Part shown: positions 1 through 9,848 of the stretch, piece by piece | Numbering within the stretch: position 1 is the stretch's first letter | Layout: every line of letters begins with the position of its first letter | NCBI GenBank assembly: GCA_003144275.1 | Contig: NJBF01000013.1 | Span: 55,994-87,993, forward strand | Length of the DNA: 32,000 bases | DNA from: Candidatus Heimdallarchaeota archaeon B3_Heim | GTDB taxonomy: Archaea; Asgardarchaeota; Heimdallarchaeia; Hodarchaeales; Hodarchaeaceae | Direction: 5' to 3' | Made by a program: the position numbers and the translations under genes | Notes under the pieces: generated by a model | Seen by the model: the letters and a program-made list of their open reading frames with translations, nothing else | Told to the model about the DNA's origin: nothing | Databases searched by the model: none

Positions 1-75
1 GTACTCCGCTGATTTGTCAGAATATACCAAATCTTGGATCAGGTATATCGAGTTAAACAAGAATCTCTTATTCGA

Positions 76-106
76 TGTAGGCCCACGGCCTACAACTCTT
101 TTTTTT
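76..106 (+). terminator. Possible terminator hairpin of an upstream gene outside the window
   Basis: Perfect 8-bp stem TGTAGGCC (76-83)/GGCCTACA (87-94) with a 3-nt loop, followed by a T8 run (99-106). Confidence 0.35.
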
Positions 107-284
107 AACGACTCTACCTAAAGAAAGTTTATCCACAGAAATAATTGATCCGGTGTATAATTGGAATTCGATTTTATGCAAAAGCTTTTTTAGGTAGAGA
201 GTCTTCAGTAATTAGAATCTATCGCTCATTCTAGACTATACTATGCGAGAGATTGAACAATTGCGTTTATAGGTGATTTTCTAA

Positions 285-881
285 ATGACCAATGACCAAG
301 AAGAAGTATTAGTGGGAGCGTTAATAAAAGGCCCAATTATTTCCATGTCAAGTAATCTCCCCATCACAGAAGCCGCAAAACTAATGAAAAATCATCAAGT
401 CGGTTCTGTCATAATAAAAGATGAAGATATTGTCGGAATTTTGACGAAAGGCGATATTATTCAAAGAGTCGTTGGTCGTGCATTAGATCCAGGCATTGTT
501 CTTGCGGGAGATGCCATGAGCAAACCAGTTTGTTTTGTTTCCTCTGATGAGACTTTAGATGCCACGATACGTCATATGTCAAACCTAAAAATCGAACGTA
601 TATTAGTAGTAGATGCTCAAGACTCGTCCAATGCATTAGGTATTGTTTCAACTAATGATCTTCTGACTTTTGCTCCAGAGTTGTTGGCTATTCATCGCGA
701 GCAACAAATGATAATGGCTCAACCCAATTCTGAACTAACACCTCCCCATCTTCAAGGATTTTGTGATGATTGTGGTAACTATTCAGTTAATCTATCTACT
801 GCCAATGGATATACTTTATGTAAGCAATGCATTGGTGATCAAACACGAGAAGATCATATCGATGATGATGAAATAATGTAA
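285..881 (+). CDS. CBS-pair domain protein with C-terminal zinc-ribbon
   Basis: Two CBS repeats (AAKLMKNHQVGSVII..VGILTKGDI; MSKPV..IERILVV..LGIVSTNDL), then CDDC-x18-CKQC. GGTGA Shine-Dalgarno-like motif upstream. Confidence 0.85.
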   Translation: MTNDQEEVLVGALIKGPIISMSSNLPITEAAKLMKNHQVGSVIIKDEDIVGILTKGDIIQRVVGRALDPGIVLAGDAMSKPVCFVSSDETLDATIRHMSNLKIERILVVDAQDSSNALGIVSTNDLLTFAPELLAIHREQQMIMAQPNSELTPPHLQGFCDDCGNYSVNLSTANGYTLCKQCIGDQTREDHIDDDEIM

Positions 882-896
882 TATTTGGTTTCGTCC

Positions 897-2927
897 TTAT
901 TTTATTGTATTCTCAACATTGAATATTGTGGAATTATGAGGAACAGCCTGTACAATTTCATTAAGGTCAAGAGCTTTTAATTTCGCCTTTTGCTCTGCGG
1001 TTGTAACTTTCTTCAGAAATATCTTTTGAATTTGTTTCGCAATTTTACCTTTCGTTTCATTTCCAGGTTTTATCATGACTACAATAGGACTATGTTTAGA
1101 CACCTGCTCTGGAGATCCATAGATAACTTTAATATTAAATTCGCTTTCTTGGTATCCAATAGCAAGCTCTAGAACTGTTCCACGAACATAACTTCTTTTT
1201 CCCCTTACCATTATTCCTCCTTTTGGAATATATTCTCCGCTGGGAGCTGAAAAACCTACATTTTCTCCAAGAACATAATAAACATCAATTGCGGCATAAC
1301 CTGCTTTCCAAGCACTTGAAAAACTGGCTGCCATTCTAGCTGCGAGATGTAATTCTTCCTCAGATATTTCTTTATCACTACTCTCACGAATAATTACGGT
1401 GTATGGTGCACCCTGCACTTCTGCATGAAAAAAGAAGTCATCTTTCTTCATTCGTCTTTTAGCAATTTCATCATTTGTAGAGATATCTTTCCCACCGATA
1501 ATCAAGAATCCATTTGATGAAAATGTCCAATGATACTTCTCATACCAGTTTCTTTTCCGTCTTTTCAGAGTTATTGTATCAGCAACGGTTTGTTCATCTA
1601 TATTTTCATTTAGAGAATCAATTTTAGATTTAGTTTCTAATATCGCATTTTCTGCAGGGATCACTTTACGTCCTGCTTTTTTGGATCGTTTATAATAATT
1701 ACTAGCAATTTCTGTAGCATTCTGACGAAAATCTACCTCGATGATATCAAAACTAAGGTTAATCCTTATAGTTCCACGTTTAGGAGTGATTCCCTCAAAT
1801 ATTCGCGCGGATGATATGTTATTTTCCTTTGCTTGCTCTAATTTTCCTATTATTTCCTCCCACGTTACATTCTTTTTCCGGGCATTCATTATTGTCGAGA
1901 GTAATTCATCTATATCACTGAGGTGAAGATATATTGCATCTCCAATCTTTTTGTACAATATTTGTTTTTGTTTATGGTGATTTAAAATCTCCTGTTGAGA
2001 ATGAAGGACCTTTTCATGCTGTTCTCTCTTTCGTTGATAATTATTCAATCCTGGAGAGATTACAGGTGATTCATGTGAATAGAAAAAATCCAATGCACTC
2101 GAAAAAGATTCAAATTCCTTTATCTGGTAGGGATTTGATTTGAATGAAATGGGCTGAAAAGCTATCGGTCGCTCTTGAGAATCAATAGACACAGATGGTT
2201 CTAGTTCATCTAATTCTTGTGTGATCTCTTGAATAACTGAGATAATCTTCTCAATATCTTCTTCAGTTATTGTGCTACACATTTTAGTTTTAGGTATAAT
2301 AGCTCTGGCTAGTATTTCCTCCATTAATATACCTCCTCCACCAGTATTTCGTGCTAATACTCTGACAATCTCTTCTTCTGTATTGTTGGATGAACTGAGT
2401 ATTTTTTTGATTTCATCAGCTGGCATAGAAAGAATGGGTTGTCCTCTACTAGGAGGTAATGTAAATTCCTTTCCAGGTAATACATCTCTATGTCGCATCT
2501 TCCTATACCAAGAAGCAAAGATGACTTTGTTTTCATCTCCCACAACAACAAAGTTGGGTTTAGTTCCAAACAGTTCAACAATTACCTTATAGGTCTGCTT
2601 TCCCAAAAATTCAAATTCCACTAATCGGTCAAAATCGATTTGTTTAATGTTTTTAACTATTGCACCCTTAAGATGGGCTCTTAATGCTAATATCTTATCT
2701 TCAGGTCGTTCTGGTACATCATACTTGAATTCAGATATGTGAATTCGTGTACCTGGTTCAATTAATAAAAAAGGGGTTTTGTAAGGTCCCATTCCTTTAA
2801 GTTTGAGGAGAAAAAATCGGTCCGAACTATCACGATAGACATTATCCACTCTATATCCGATAATCCCCTGTAATTCATTTATGATGGCAAAGATATCCAA
2901 GCTGGACATTTGTTTCATGAGAGACAT
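897..2927 (-). CDS. rqcH: Ribosome quality-control factor RqcH/Rqc2 (NFACT family)
   Basis: N-terminal MSSLDI, LLIEPG.RIH, QIDFDRLVEF, VELFG..NFV, coiled coil with NA.EIASNYYKRSKK, and C-terminal NFACT-R (WYEKYHWTFSSNGFLIIGGKD..N, FFHAEVQGAP, AASFSSAWK, APSGEYIPKGGIMVRG). Confidence 0.93.
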   Translation of the reverse strand: MSLMKQMSSLDIFAIINELQGIIGYRVDNVYRDSSDRFFLLKLKGMGPYKTPFLLIEPGTRIHISEFKYDVPERPEDKILALRAHLKGAIVKNIKQIDFDRLVEFEFLGKQTYKVIVELFGTKPNFVVVGDENKVIFASWYRKMRHRDVLPGKEFTLPPSRGQPILSMPADEIKKILSSSNNTEEEIVRVLARNTGGGGILMEEILARAIIPKTKMCSTITEEDIEKIISVIQEITQELDELEPSVSIDSQERPIAFQPISFKSNPYQIKEFESFSSALDFFYSHESPVISPGLNNYQRKREQHEKVLHSQQEILNHHKQKQILYKKIGDAIYLHLSDIDELLSTIMNARKKNVTWEEIIGKLEQAKENNISSARIFEGITPKRGTIRINLSFDIIEVDFRQNATEIASNYYKRSKKAGRKVIPAENAILETKSKIDSLNENIDEQTVADTITLKRRKRNWYEKYHWTFSSNGFLIIGGKDISTNDEIAKRRMKKDDFFFHAEVQGAPYTVIIRESSDKEISEEELHLAARMAASFSSAWKAGYAAIDVYYVLGENVGFSAPSGEYIPKGGIMVRGKRSYVRGTVLELAIGYQESEFNIKVIYGSPEQVSKHSPIVVMIKPGNETKGKIAKQIQKIFLKKVTTAEQKAKLKALDLNEIVQAVPHNSTIFNVENTIK

Positions 2928-3226
2928 TAACTCCTGAGATAATTTACAGAGAATAGGTCTGAGTTACAGTTACCTTACGAGATAACTCCCAATTTCCTAA
3001 TATCTCTATTTTCAAGCAAAATCGTATAATTGAGATTTATGTTTTGTTAGATTAATGATTGAAAGAAATCGATTGGAGTTAATCTTATTGTCTTTCTCTG
3101 AATTGAATAAGTAATTTACATTGGATTTGTGAAGATTTATTAAGTGTGGTATGAAATTTGCATTATAATTGATAAGAGGGGAGAAATAGTCATATACATA
3201 GCATTTAGAAAAATGGACGGTCATAA

Positions 3227-3820
3227 ATGGCATCAACAGAGTCACGAACAAAAACCACGAATCCCCTAATTAATACCATATTAGTTATTTCTGTCGGTTT
3301 ATCAGCCTTAGAAATATCTCAGTTAATATTTGATCCTTCTAAAGCTGCAGCAATTACTTCTTTGAGATTTGATCATGTTTTTGCGAATATGTATCAAGGA
3401 ATGTTCTTGAGAGCAGAAACATTAACTTCATTCTGGTCGATATTAGTAGCATGGGCAATTTCAGGGATGGTAGCGGGTGTTAGAGCAAAACATGGCCTTT
3501 TAGGCGCAATAGCTGGATTCTTCGGAACTCTCTTAGGTTCAAGCCTTCTGCTGGTTGTTCATTTTGGAAGCGAGACAAATGTGACAATCGCAAATGAGTT
3601 CATTTTTGGTGTGGTTGCTTCCACCCTTGTCGCCTGTATCGCAGCATATGCAACAGGAACAGCTACAAAACCCAAGAAGGCATCTGTTAAATATAAAAAG
3701 ACAAGAAAAGCGTGGGATGCATCAAAAACAAAAGATGTATGGATGTGTAGCAGGTGTGGTCAGAAAATACCCCCAGGAGCATTTACCTGTCCCAATTGTG
3801 GGGAACCTGTTATCGAATAA
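3227..3820 (+). CDS. Membrane protein with 4-5 hydrophobic segments and C-terminal zinc ribbon
   Basis: Several Gly/Ala-rich TM-like stretches, a Lys-rich linker, then WMCSRCG-x9-CPNCG. Confidence 0.7.
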   Translation: MASTESRTKTTNPLINTILVISVGLSALEISQLIFDPSKAAAITSLRFDHVFANMYQGMFLRAETLTSFWSILVAWAISGMVAGVRAKHGLLGAIAGFFGTLLGSSLLLVVHFGSETNVTIANEFIFGVVASTLVACIAAYATGTATKPKKASVKYKKTRKAWDASKTKDVWMCSRCGQKIPPGAFTCPNCGEPVIE

Positions 3821-3854
3821 AAAGAAGGAAATTGATAAAAAAGAAGAATGTTAT

Positions 3855-4382
3855 TCACATTATTCTCTTTTGTCTTAGATCTTCTAATTTCTCACTTATT
3901 GAGTCGATTTCTTCTGATAATTGAATCAGAACCGAATCCAATTCACGAAACTTTCTATTCTCAACCACAGTAAGAAGATCTTTTACAACAGTCCCTAATT
4001 CATTAGATCGAAGGGATTTATGAGCATTCCGAACTGTGGGTTCCATATGCTTTAGTATATCAATAATTTCTCCTGATAATTGTGTAGCTTGGCTTGGTAG
4101 TGAACTTTCCATAATTTCGATTCCAGAGATTTCTGCGAGGAGATCTGTTAGATCCCAATACCTCTCTCTTAGTTCATCGATAATGACACCGATTCGTTTA
4201 AATCTTTGTTTTTTATCTAAACCATCATCCGAACTTCCATTAGCATCAGCTAATTTGGAAGCGTGGGTGCGTAACTCTTCATAAAAATCTGAAGAGAGAG
4301 CACGTCTGTCCTCAATTTCACGCACCATTCGATTCATTTCAGAATAAATAGAAGTAGAGGTGCGATATTCGGTGTTGTTCAA
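3855..4382 (-). CDS. Hypothetical helical/coiled-coil protein
   Basis: 175-aa ORF of charged amphipathic composition; GGAG upstream of a TTG start. No family recognised. Confidence 0.6.
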   Translation of the reverse strand: MNNTEYRTSTSIYSEMNRMVREIEDRRALSSDFYEELRTHASKLADANGSSDDGLDKKQRFKRIGVIIDELRERYWDLTDLLAEISGIEIMESSLPSQATQLSGEIIDILKHMEPTVRNAHKSLRSNELGTVVKDLLTVVENRKFRELDSVLIQLSEEIDSISEKLEDLRQKRIM

Positions 4383-4801
4383 ACTTTTTCAGTCTCCTAT
4401 AAAGTGATTACAATTCCTTGTGTAAGAAATAACGGCCGTATCAAATCCGTTGAGTATTCGTTGTTAGTACTAGAAACACCGTAATAATACATGAAATGTA
4501 ATTCACTAGTGAGTAATAAGCTTTTCGAAAACTGAAATCGAATTCTTCAGAATTAATCGCCCCTTTTTTCATTAGGGGGCTATTTCGAGTTATAATCTTA
4601 TAAATTACCCTTCTCTACGTTTTATTACGGTTCTATTTGTTAAAATATCAACTATTTTAAGAAATAAGTAGTTTTAACTTAAGATTCCTTTCAATTTCCA
4701 TAGTGGAATAAAAATATTTATGAGGATTACAAGAAAAGATTTTTCATGACTTGCTGATATGTGACTAACCATGACTATATTTGTCAGACAACGCAGTATA
4801 A

Positions 4802-5066
4802 CTGAGTTCTGGACAGGATGAGTCACGCATCCGCTATCCGGAAAAAACCAATTCAGCTTATGAATTCGTTTTCGAGGGACTACTTGTTACTAGGGGGTTA
4901 GCATTCTCTCTTGATTCCTCGAATTTCTGCAACCACTGGTCACACCTCCCTCGCCTTTGACGGGTAACTCGTCTAACGTAGTTACAAGGGAGGCCTTCCA
5001 GAAACATTGAGCTATCTTTTGTTCATCACCTCTGTTTCTTCAGGTTTTGAGGGGAGGAGCCTTTTT
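4802..5066 (+). ncRNA. Candidate structured non-coding RNA or cis-regulatory leader of unknown class
   Basis: About 47% GC against about 20-25% in the upstream flank. Nested stems: 4802-4808/4850-4856, 4809-4813/4837-4841, 4816-4820/4828-4832, 4871-4879/4915-4923, 4945-4951/4987-4993, 4964-4969/4980-4985, 5000-5006/5033-5039, 5008-5012/5021-5025. Most wobble pairs are G-U on the + strand. Ends in a T5 run and has no long ORF. Confidence 0.55.
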
Positions 5067-5242
5067 AAGATTTTCAGAGAGAGAGTAAGGTGATAATGAG
5101 AAAATATATTTATCGGAAAAAATTGGTCATATTAAAGGAAAACCATTTGTAGGAGTGATTAGTTATGTTCACTCATTACGTCTAAATATCATTGGGGATT
5201 TAGAATAGAATTCTTAAACTACTTCAATTATAGGTTGTTATT

Positions 5243-6517
5243 ATGGATGCAATAGTTTTAACCGCTGGGAAGGGTACACGTCTTTTACCACTGACAAAAC
5301 ATTTACCTAAACCATTGTTTCCAATCGCAGGGAAACCATTACTTTGCAATATTCTGGACTCATTTAGTGAAAAGATTTCCCGTGTGATAATTGTTGTTGG
5401 GCATGAAAAAAAACAAATCATAGCGAGAATAAATAAGGAATCCTATCCATTTGAAATAGTCTGGGTAACCCAAAAGGAGCAAAAAGGAACTGGTCATGCT
5501 ATCCAACTGTGTAAACATCTTGTTACCTCAAATCCGTTTTTTATGATGTATGGTGATATATTTACAAGTCGAACTACTATCCAAAACATCATTAATTATC
5601 CTCTGTCTACAAAAAATGTAAATGGTGTTATAGCCACTTTTGAAGTAGATGCACCAGAGAAGTATGGGTGTTTAGAAACCATTAATGAGAAACTGGTTCA
5701 TATTTGGGAAAAACAACCTGATCCACCAAGTCGTTTCATCAATGCAGGATTGATGATCATACCTGAAGAGATTTTCACAATTTTAGAGAAATTAGAGGAA
5801 TCAGATCGAGGGGAAATTGAACTGACAGATGGAATTAATAAATTAGTACAAGCTGGTAAGCCCTTTGGTTTTTATGAAATTGATGATTATTGGATAGATA
5901 CTGGGTACCCCTGGGATTTACTTTCAGCAAATGCACTTGGACTAAAACAAATACGCCGTGACTCTAAAATTTTGCCAGTAGCAGGTGTGACAATAGAAGG
6001 TCCTGTGGAAATTTCTGACTCGGCAGTCTTACGTCCAGGAACGTTTATTCAAGGGCCTGTAGTTATTGATGAGGATGCAGTGGTTGGTCCAAACAGCTTT
6101 ATTCGATCTGGAACTTATATTGGGAAAAATGTTCGGATTGGTAATGCTGTGGAAATTAAAAATAGTATTATTCTTGATGGTACAACTATTGGTCATCTAT
6201 CCTATGTAGGTGATTCGATCATTGGGAGTATGTGTAATTTTGGTGCAGGGACTAAGGTTGCTAATTTAAAACTGGATAATGGACTGATTTCGATGCAAAT
6301 TCAAGGAAATCGGGTTGATAGTGGAAAAAGGAAATTAGGCACAATAATGGGAGATAATGTTAAAACAGGAATAAATGTTTCAATTATGCCTGGGATATGC
6401 ATTGGTGAGAACTCTCTTATTGGTGCACATACTCTTATATCTACTAATATTCCTCCAAACAGTCTTTCTTATTATGAACCCGAGACTGGTCGTGTAATCC
6501 TTAAAGAAAACAAGTAG
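5243..6517 (+). CDS. glmU: Archaeal bifunctional sugar-1-phosphate nucleotidylyltransferase/acetyltransferase (GlmU-like)
   Basis: LTAGKGTRLLPLT..PKPL, GTGHA, YGD, EK, SDRGEIELTD, W.D.GYPWDLL, then hexapeptide left-handed beta-helix (HLSYVGDSIIG, NFGAGT, GDNVKTGIN). Confidence 0.9.
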   Translation: MDAIVLTAGKGTRLLPLTKHLPKPLFPIAGKPLLCNILDSFSEKISRVIIVVGHEKKQIIARINKESYPFEIVWVTQKEQKGTGHAIQLCKHLVTSNPFFMMYGDIFTSRTTIQNIINYPLSTKNVNGVIATFEVDAPEKYGCLETINEKLVHIWEKQPDPPSRFINAGLMIIPEEIFTILEKLEESDRGEIELTDGINKLVQAGKPFGFYEIDDYWIDTGYPWDLLSANALGLKQIRRDSKILPVAGVTIEGPVEISDSAVLRPGTFIQGPVVIDEDAVVGPNSFIRSGTYIGKNVRIGNAVEIKNSIILDGTTIGHLSYVGDSIIGSMCNFGAGTKVANLKLDNGLISMQIQGNRVDSGKRKLGTIMGDNVKTGINVSIMPGICIGENSLIGAHTLISTNIPPNSLSYYEPETGRVILKENK

Positions 6518-6530
6518 GGTTAGAGTACGT

Positions 6531-8003
6531 ATGAGAACCTCTTGGGTAAGAGAAATCAATGTTTTTCAAAAACCAACTCGTTCGATAAATTGGCGAATTG
6601 GTCTTGTTTATCCAAACTCATATTCGGTTGGGATGTCAGGTTTATCAGTGAAATTACTATACCACCTCTTAAATCAGCATCAAAACATTTTTACGGAACG
6701 AATATTTAAACCCAATGAAAAAAATGTGATACCTCGTTCTTTAGAAACAGATTCCGCTCTACCTCAGTTCAATGTGTTAGCTTTTTCCTTCCAATTTGAA
6801 TTAGACTATATTAATGCCATAAAAATGCTTCAGATATCGAAAATCCCGCTTTTTACGAAGGATAGAAATAACTCTCATCCTCTTCTTATTGCAGGCGGCC
6901 CTGCAGTTACTGCAAATCCATTCCCGATCCTAGATATATTTGATTTTGTTTTTATGGGAGAATTCGAGTCCATTGCAGACGATTTTCTTGAAACCTTAAT
7001 AGACAGTAAGTTTACCAATATTCACGATTCAATAGCGATCCTTCCTGGGTTCTATAGTTCAGATAATTATGTAGAATCTGTAAAACCAATTGTTACAGAA
7101 AACTTAGATGCTGTTAATTATCCAATAGCACAGGTGAGACCTATATATGGCCAGCCTCAGAAAAAAATTGGTCTAGATGGGTACTTTCTACAAGTCTCTC
7201 GTGGCTGTCCCCATGGATGTCATTATTGCCTTATTGGAAATATCTTTCGGCCACATAGAGAGCGAAGTATTATCAATTTACAACAGTTAATTACCTCAGG
7301 CAATATTGAAACTCAAACAAACCACTTTTCCTTAATTGGTTCGAGTACGGCAGATTACAGCAAAATTGAGGAACTAATTACCTTTTTTTTAGAGAAAGGA
7401 TTACGTTTTACTCTACCCAGTATCAGAGTAGATTCAGGTGAAGAGATTCTTAATTTATTAAAGCAAGCTGGACAAAATTCTCTCACAATAGCACCTGAAA
7501 CTGGATTAACTGAAACACGAAGAGATGTTGGGAAGAAAATCTCAAATGAGCAGATATATTCTTTTACATCAGAAGCTACTAAATCTGGAATATCACAATT
7601 AAAGACTTATTTCATTCTTGGTTTAACCTCTGATCCAAATATGGAAGCTAAAGCTATTGCAGATTTAATGACTGATCTTAAACATAAAAATGCAAATATG
7701 AAATTTAAATTATCAATCACTCCCCTGGTGCCGAAAAAAGGAACAAAATTTGGAACCAAGTGTGTCGATTATACTTCCATTACTAAAGGAGTGAAATTTT
7801 TGAAGAAAAACTTAGGAAAGAATCTAACTTACAAAGTTTTCCCAACACGTTGGGCTGTTATACAGGCGATCTTATCCATAGGTGGAAGAGAATTAGCACC
7901 TATAATGGAGGAGCTAGCTTTACGTGATGGCTCATATCAAGCGTGGAGGAAAACCTTAAAGGTTGATCCTCAAGATTTTTATCAACAGAATTACTGTAGT
8001 TGA
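6531..8003 (+). CDS. B12-binding-domain radical SAM protein
   Basis: LVYPNSYSVGMS.L N-terminus, AGGPAVTANP, radical SAM motif SRGCPHGCHYC, PSIRVD, TIAPETG, YFILGL. Confidence 0.88.
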   Translation: MRTSWVREINVFQKPTRSINWRIGLVYPNSYSVGMSGLSVKLLYHLLNQHQNIFTERIFKPNEKNVIPRSLETDSALPQFNVLAFSFQFELDYINAIKMLQISKIPLFTKDRNNSHPLLIAGGPAVTANPFPILDIFDFVFMGEFESIADDFLETLIDSKFTNIHDSIAILPGFYSSDNYVESVKPIVTENLDAVNYPIAQVRPIYGQPQKKIGLDGYFLQVSRGCPHGCHYCLIGNIFRPHRERSIINLQQLITSGNIETQTNHFSLIGSSTADYSKIEELITFFLEKGLRFTLPSIRVDSGEEILNLLKQAGQNSLTIAPETGLTETRRDVGKKISNEQIYSFTSEATKSGISQLKTYFILGLTSDPNMEAKAIADLMTDLKHKNANMKFKLSITPLVPKKGTKFGTKCVDYTSITKGVKFLKKNLGKNLTYKVFPTRWAVIQAILSIGGRELAPIMEELALRDGSYQAWRKTLKVDPQDFYQQNYCS

Positions 8004-8028
8004 TTCACAGTAAATGATTGTAAAATTT

Positions 8029-9759
8029 CTATCTGGAGTCTAGTTCAATAAAAGATTTTGCATCTCTTAGATATCGAACTACATCTTTTATATTCGAAAT
8101 AGGCGATACGTCAACACTTTCAATACGACGTTGTCTAATCCTATCAAGAAGTTCCTCTGCGAGTTTTAAAATCCTTGGTACTTTTGCTTTTTTCTCAGAT
8201 GTAAGTTCGATGAGAAGATCTTCTGCCTCATACATTTTACCTTGAGCCATAAGAAGAATTGATGTAAGCCACTTTCCCTTTGCTACTCTCGGAGCGTCTG
8301 TAATAGTGTGAATACCATCCTCAATAGTCTTTTGGGCAGTCGATAGGATACCTAGATCTTCTGAAATCCGATACTCATATAAATATCCTTCTGTAAGAGC
8401 AAACAAAACCGATGATCGGATTTCTTTACATACATCTGAGTTTAACAAAACACTTTCCAAAATATTCTTTGCTAATCCAATATTGTGGCGATTTAATTCT
8501 AACTTTCCCTTGATATATTGATAATACAAGACTGCACAATCACTGAATTTTCTTTCAGCAAGTTGAGAAATAAATATCTCAGCTTCATCTTGTTTATTCA
8601 AATCAAGTAAGATTTCTGCATATTTCAACTCATAATGACATTTGAGTTTATAATTTAGCGATTTGTTTGTAATTGCTAATCCTCTATTAGCGTAGGTTAA
8701 CGCTGAATCATTATCCATAAGTAAAAAGGCAATATAAGCAAGTCCAAATTCCGCTCTTGCTTGATACAAATTATTATTGAAAACTTTAGCTACAGCGAGC
8801 AGTTTTGAAAAAGTTTGACCTGCATTATCAAGTTCTCCACATTCGATCTGCATTTGGGCCTGTTGTGACAACGGATATACAGCAAGTGGTCCTGGTTGCT
8901 CTTGATCAAGAGTTAAGTTATTTGCTAAGTTAATTGCTTTGGTAAAATATTCCTGAGCTCCCCCTATACCAGCTTTCGATCCTAAATAGTTCGCATAATT
9001 TGTATATGAAATAATTAACCTGTTTTTTGCACTAATCGCACTTAAATGCTTGAAAGATGACATGGCTTTGTGAAGGTGGGAGGCTTCATCTTCATCTGAG
9101 GATAAGAGCGTGTAGGTGAGGGCGCAATCTAAATTGTTTCCTGTCTTAATGATTGATGAAAGAAGTTCGTTTTGTTTTTTGTAATCGAATTTCTTCTTCT
9201 TTTTATTCACAAATAAATATACGGGGATTAAGTACGGATATTGGGTTATTGGGTCTGCAGATCCAATTTTCAATAAGTCTTGAATTTCATTGTACTCGGA
9301 TGTTAATTTCTCATGATTGTCAGAATTGTTCATTATCAATGAATACGGAGTAATGATATCGATAATCGCATCTTTATCCATAGCGATCTTTATCTCTTCA
9401 AATCCTTTTTCTAAAAGGGTTAGTCCTCGTTCAAAATCGAAAAATTCCGCTAATCCTAGACCAATGTAACAAGTGAGCAAAGGTGCATTTTTAAACTTTT
9501 TTAAGAGTGAGTGATGAGATGCAAAGAATTCTAAATCGGTTAAAATCCATGCCAACTTAGCTGTCAATGCCCACAGACTAGGTGAGTCTACCTTATGTTG
9601 AACTTGGAGTTCTCTTACTAATTCATACCAATCTTCAAGTTTGAGTTCAGATTTATCCTTTAGGAAATTTGCTATTGATTTAGTGAGTAATTTTAGAGTT
9701 TTAGATGATAATTTTGTTTCGAATGCCTGAATCTCGGGTGGAAATATAATTTGTCTCAT
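8029..9759 (-). CDS. TPR/helical-repeat protein
   Basis: 576-aa helical ORF with TPR-like patterns (YTNYANYLG...AQEYFTKAI, ARAEFGLAYIA..AL.YANRGL). Confidence 0.65.
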   Translation of the reverse strand: MRQIIFPPEIQAFETKLSSKTLKLLTKSIANFLKDKSELKLEDWYELVRELQVQHKVDSPSLWALTAKLAWILTDLEFFASHHSLLKKFKNAPLLTCYIGLGLAEFFDFERGLTLLEKGFEEIKIAMDKDAIIDIITPYSLIMNNSDNHEKLTSEYNEIQDLLKIGSADPITQYPYLIPVYLFVNKKKKKFDYKKQNELLSSIIKTGNNLDCALTYTLLSSDEDEASHLHKAMSSFKHLSAISAKNRLIISYTNYANYLGSKAGIGGAQEYFTKAINLANNLTLDQEQPGPLAVYPLSQQAQMQIECGELDNAGQTFSKLLAVAKVFNNNLYQARAEFGLAYIAFLLMDNDSALTYANRGLAITNKSLNYKLKCHYELKYAEILLDLNKQDEAEIFISQLAERKFSDCAVLYYQYIKGKLELNRHNIGLAKNILESVLLNSDVCKEIRSSVLFALTEGYLYEYRISEDLGILSTAQKTIEDGIHTITDAPRVAKGKWLTSILLMAQGKMYEAEDLLIELTSEKKAKVPRILKLAEELLDRIRQRRIESVDVSPISNIKDVVRYLRDAKSFIELDSR

Positions 9760-9848
9760 CGATTAGTACAATTTTATAGTAGTGATTAAAAGTTTCAGGT
9801 ATAAGAATAGTAAATATTCTAACTAAAACTACAGGAGTTTGAATCGAC

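Noticed and set aside
4802-5066. SRP RNA or RNase P RNA
   Set aside because: Short look-alikes exist (GGGGGTTAG, TCGCCTTTG, TCAGCTTA), but the SRP helix-8 motif and the RNase P GAGGAA.GUCC 5' P4 strand are absent on both strands.
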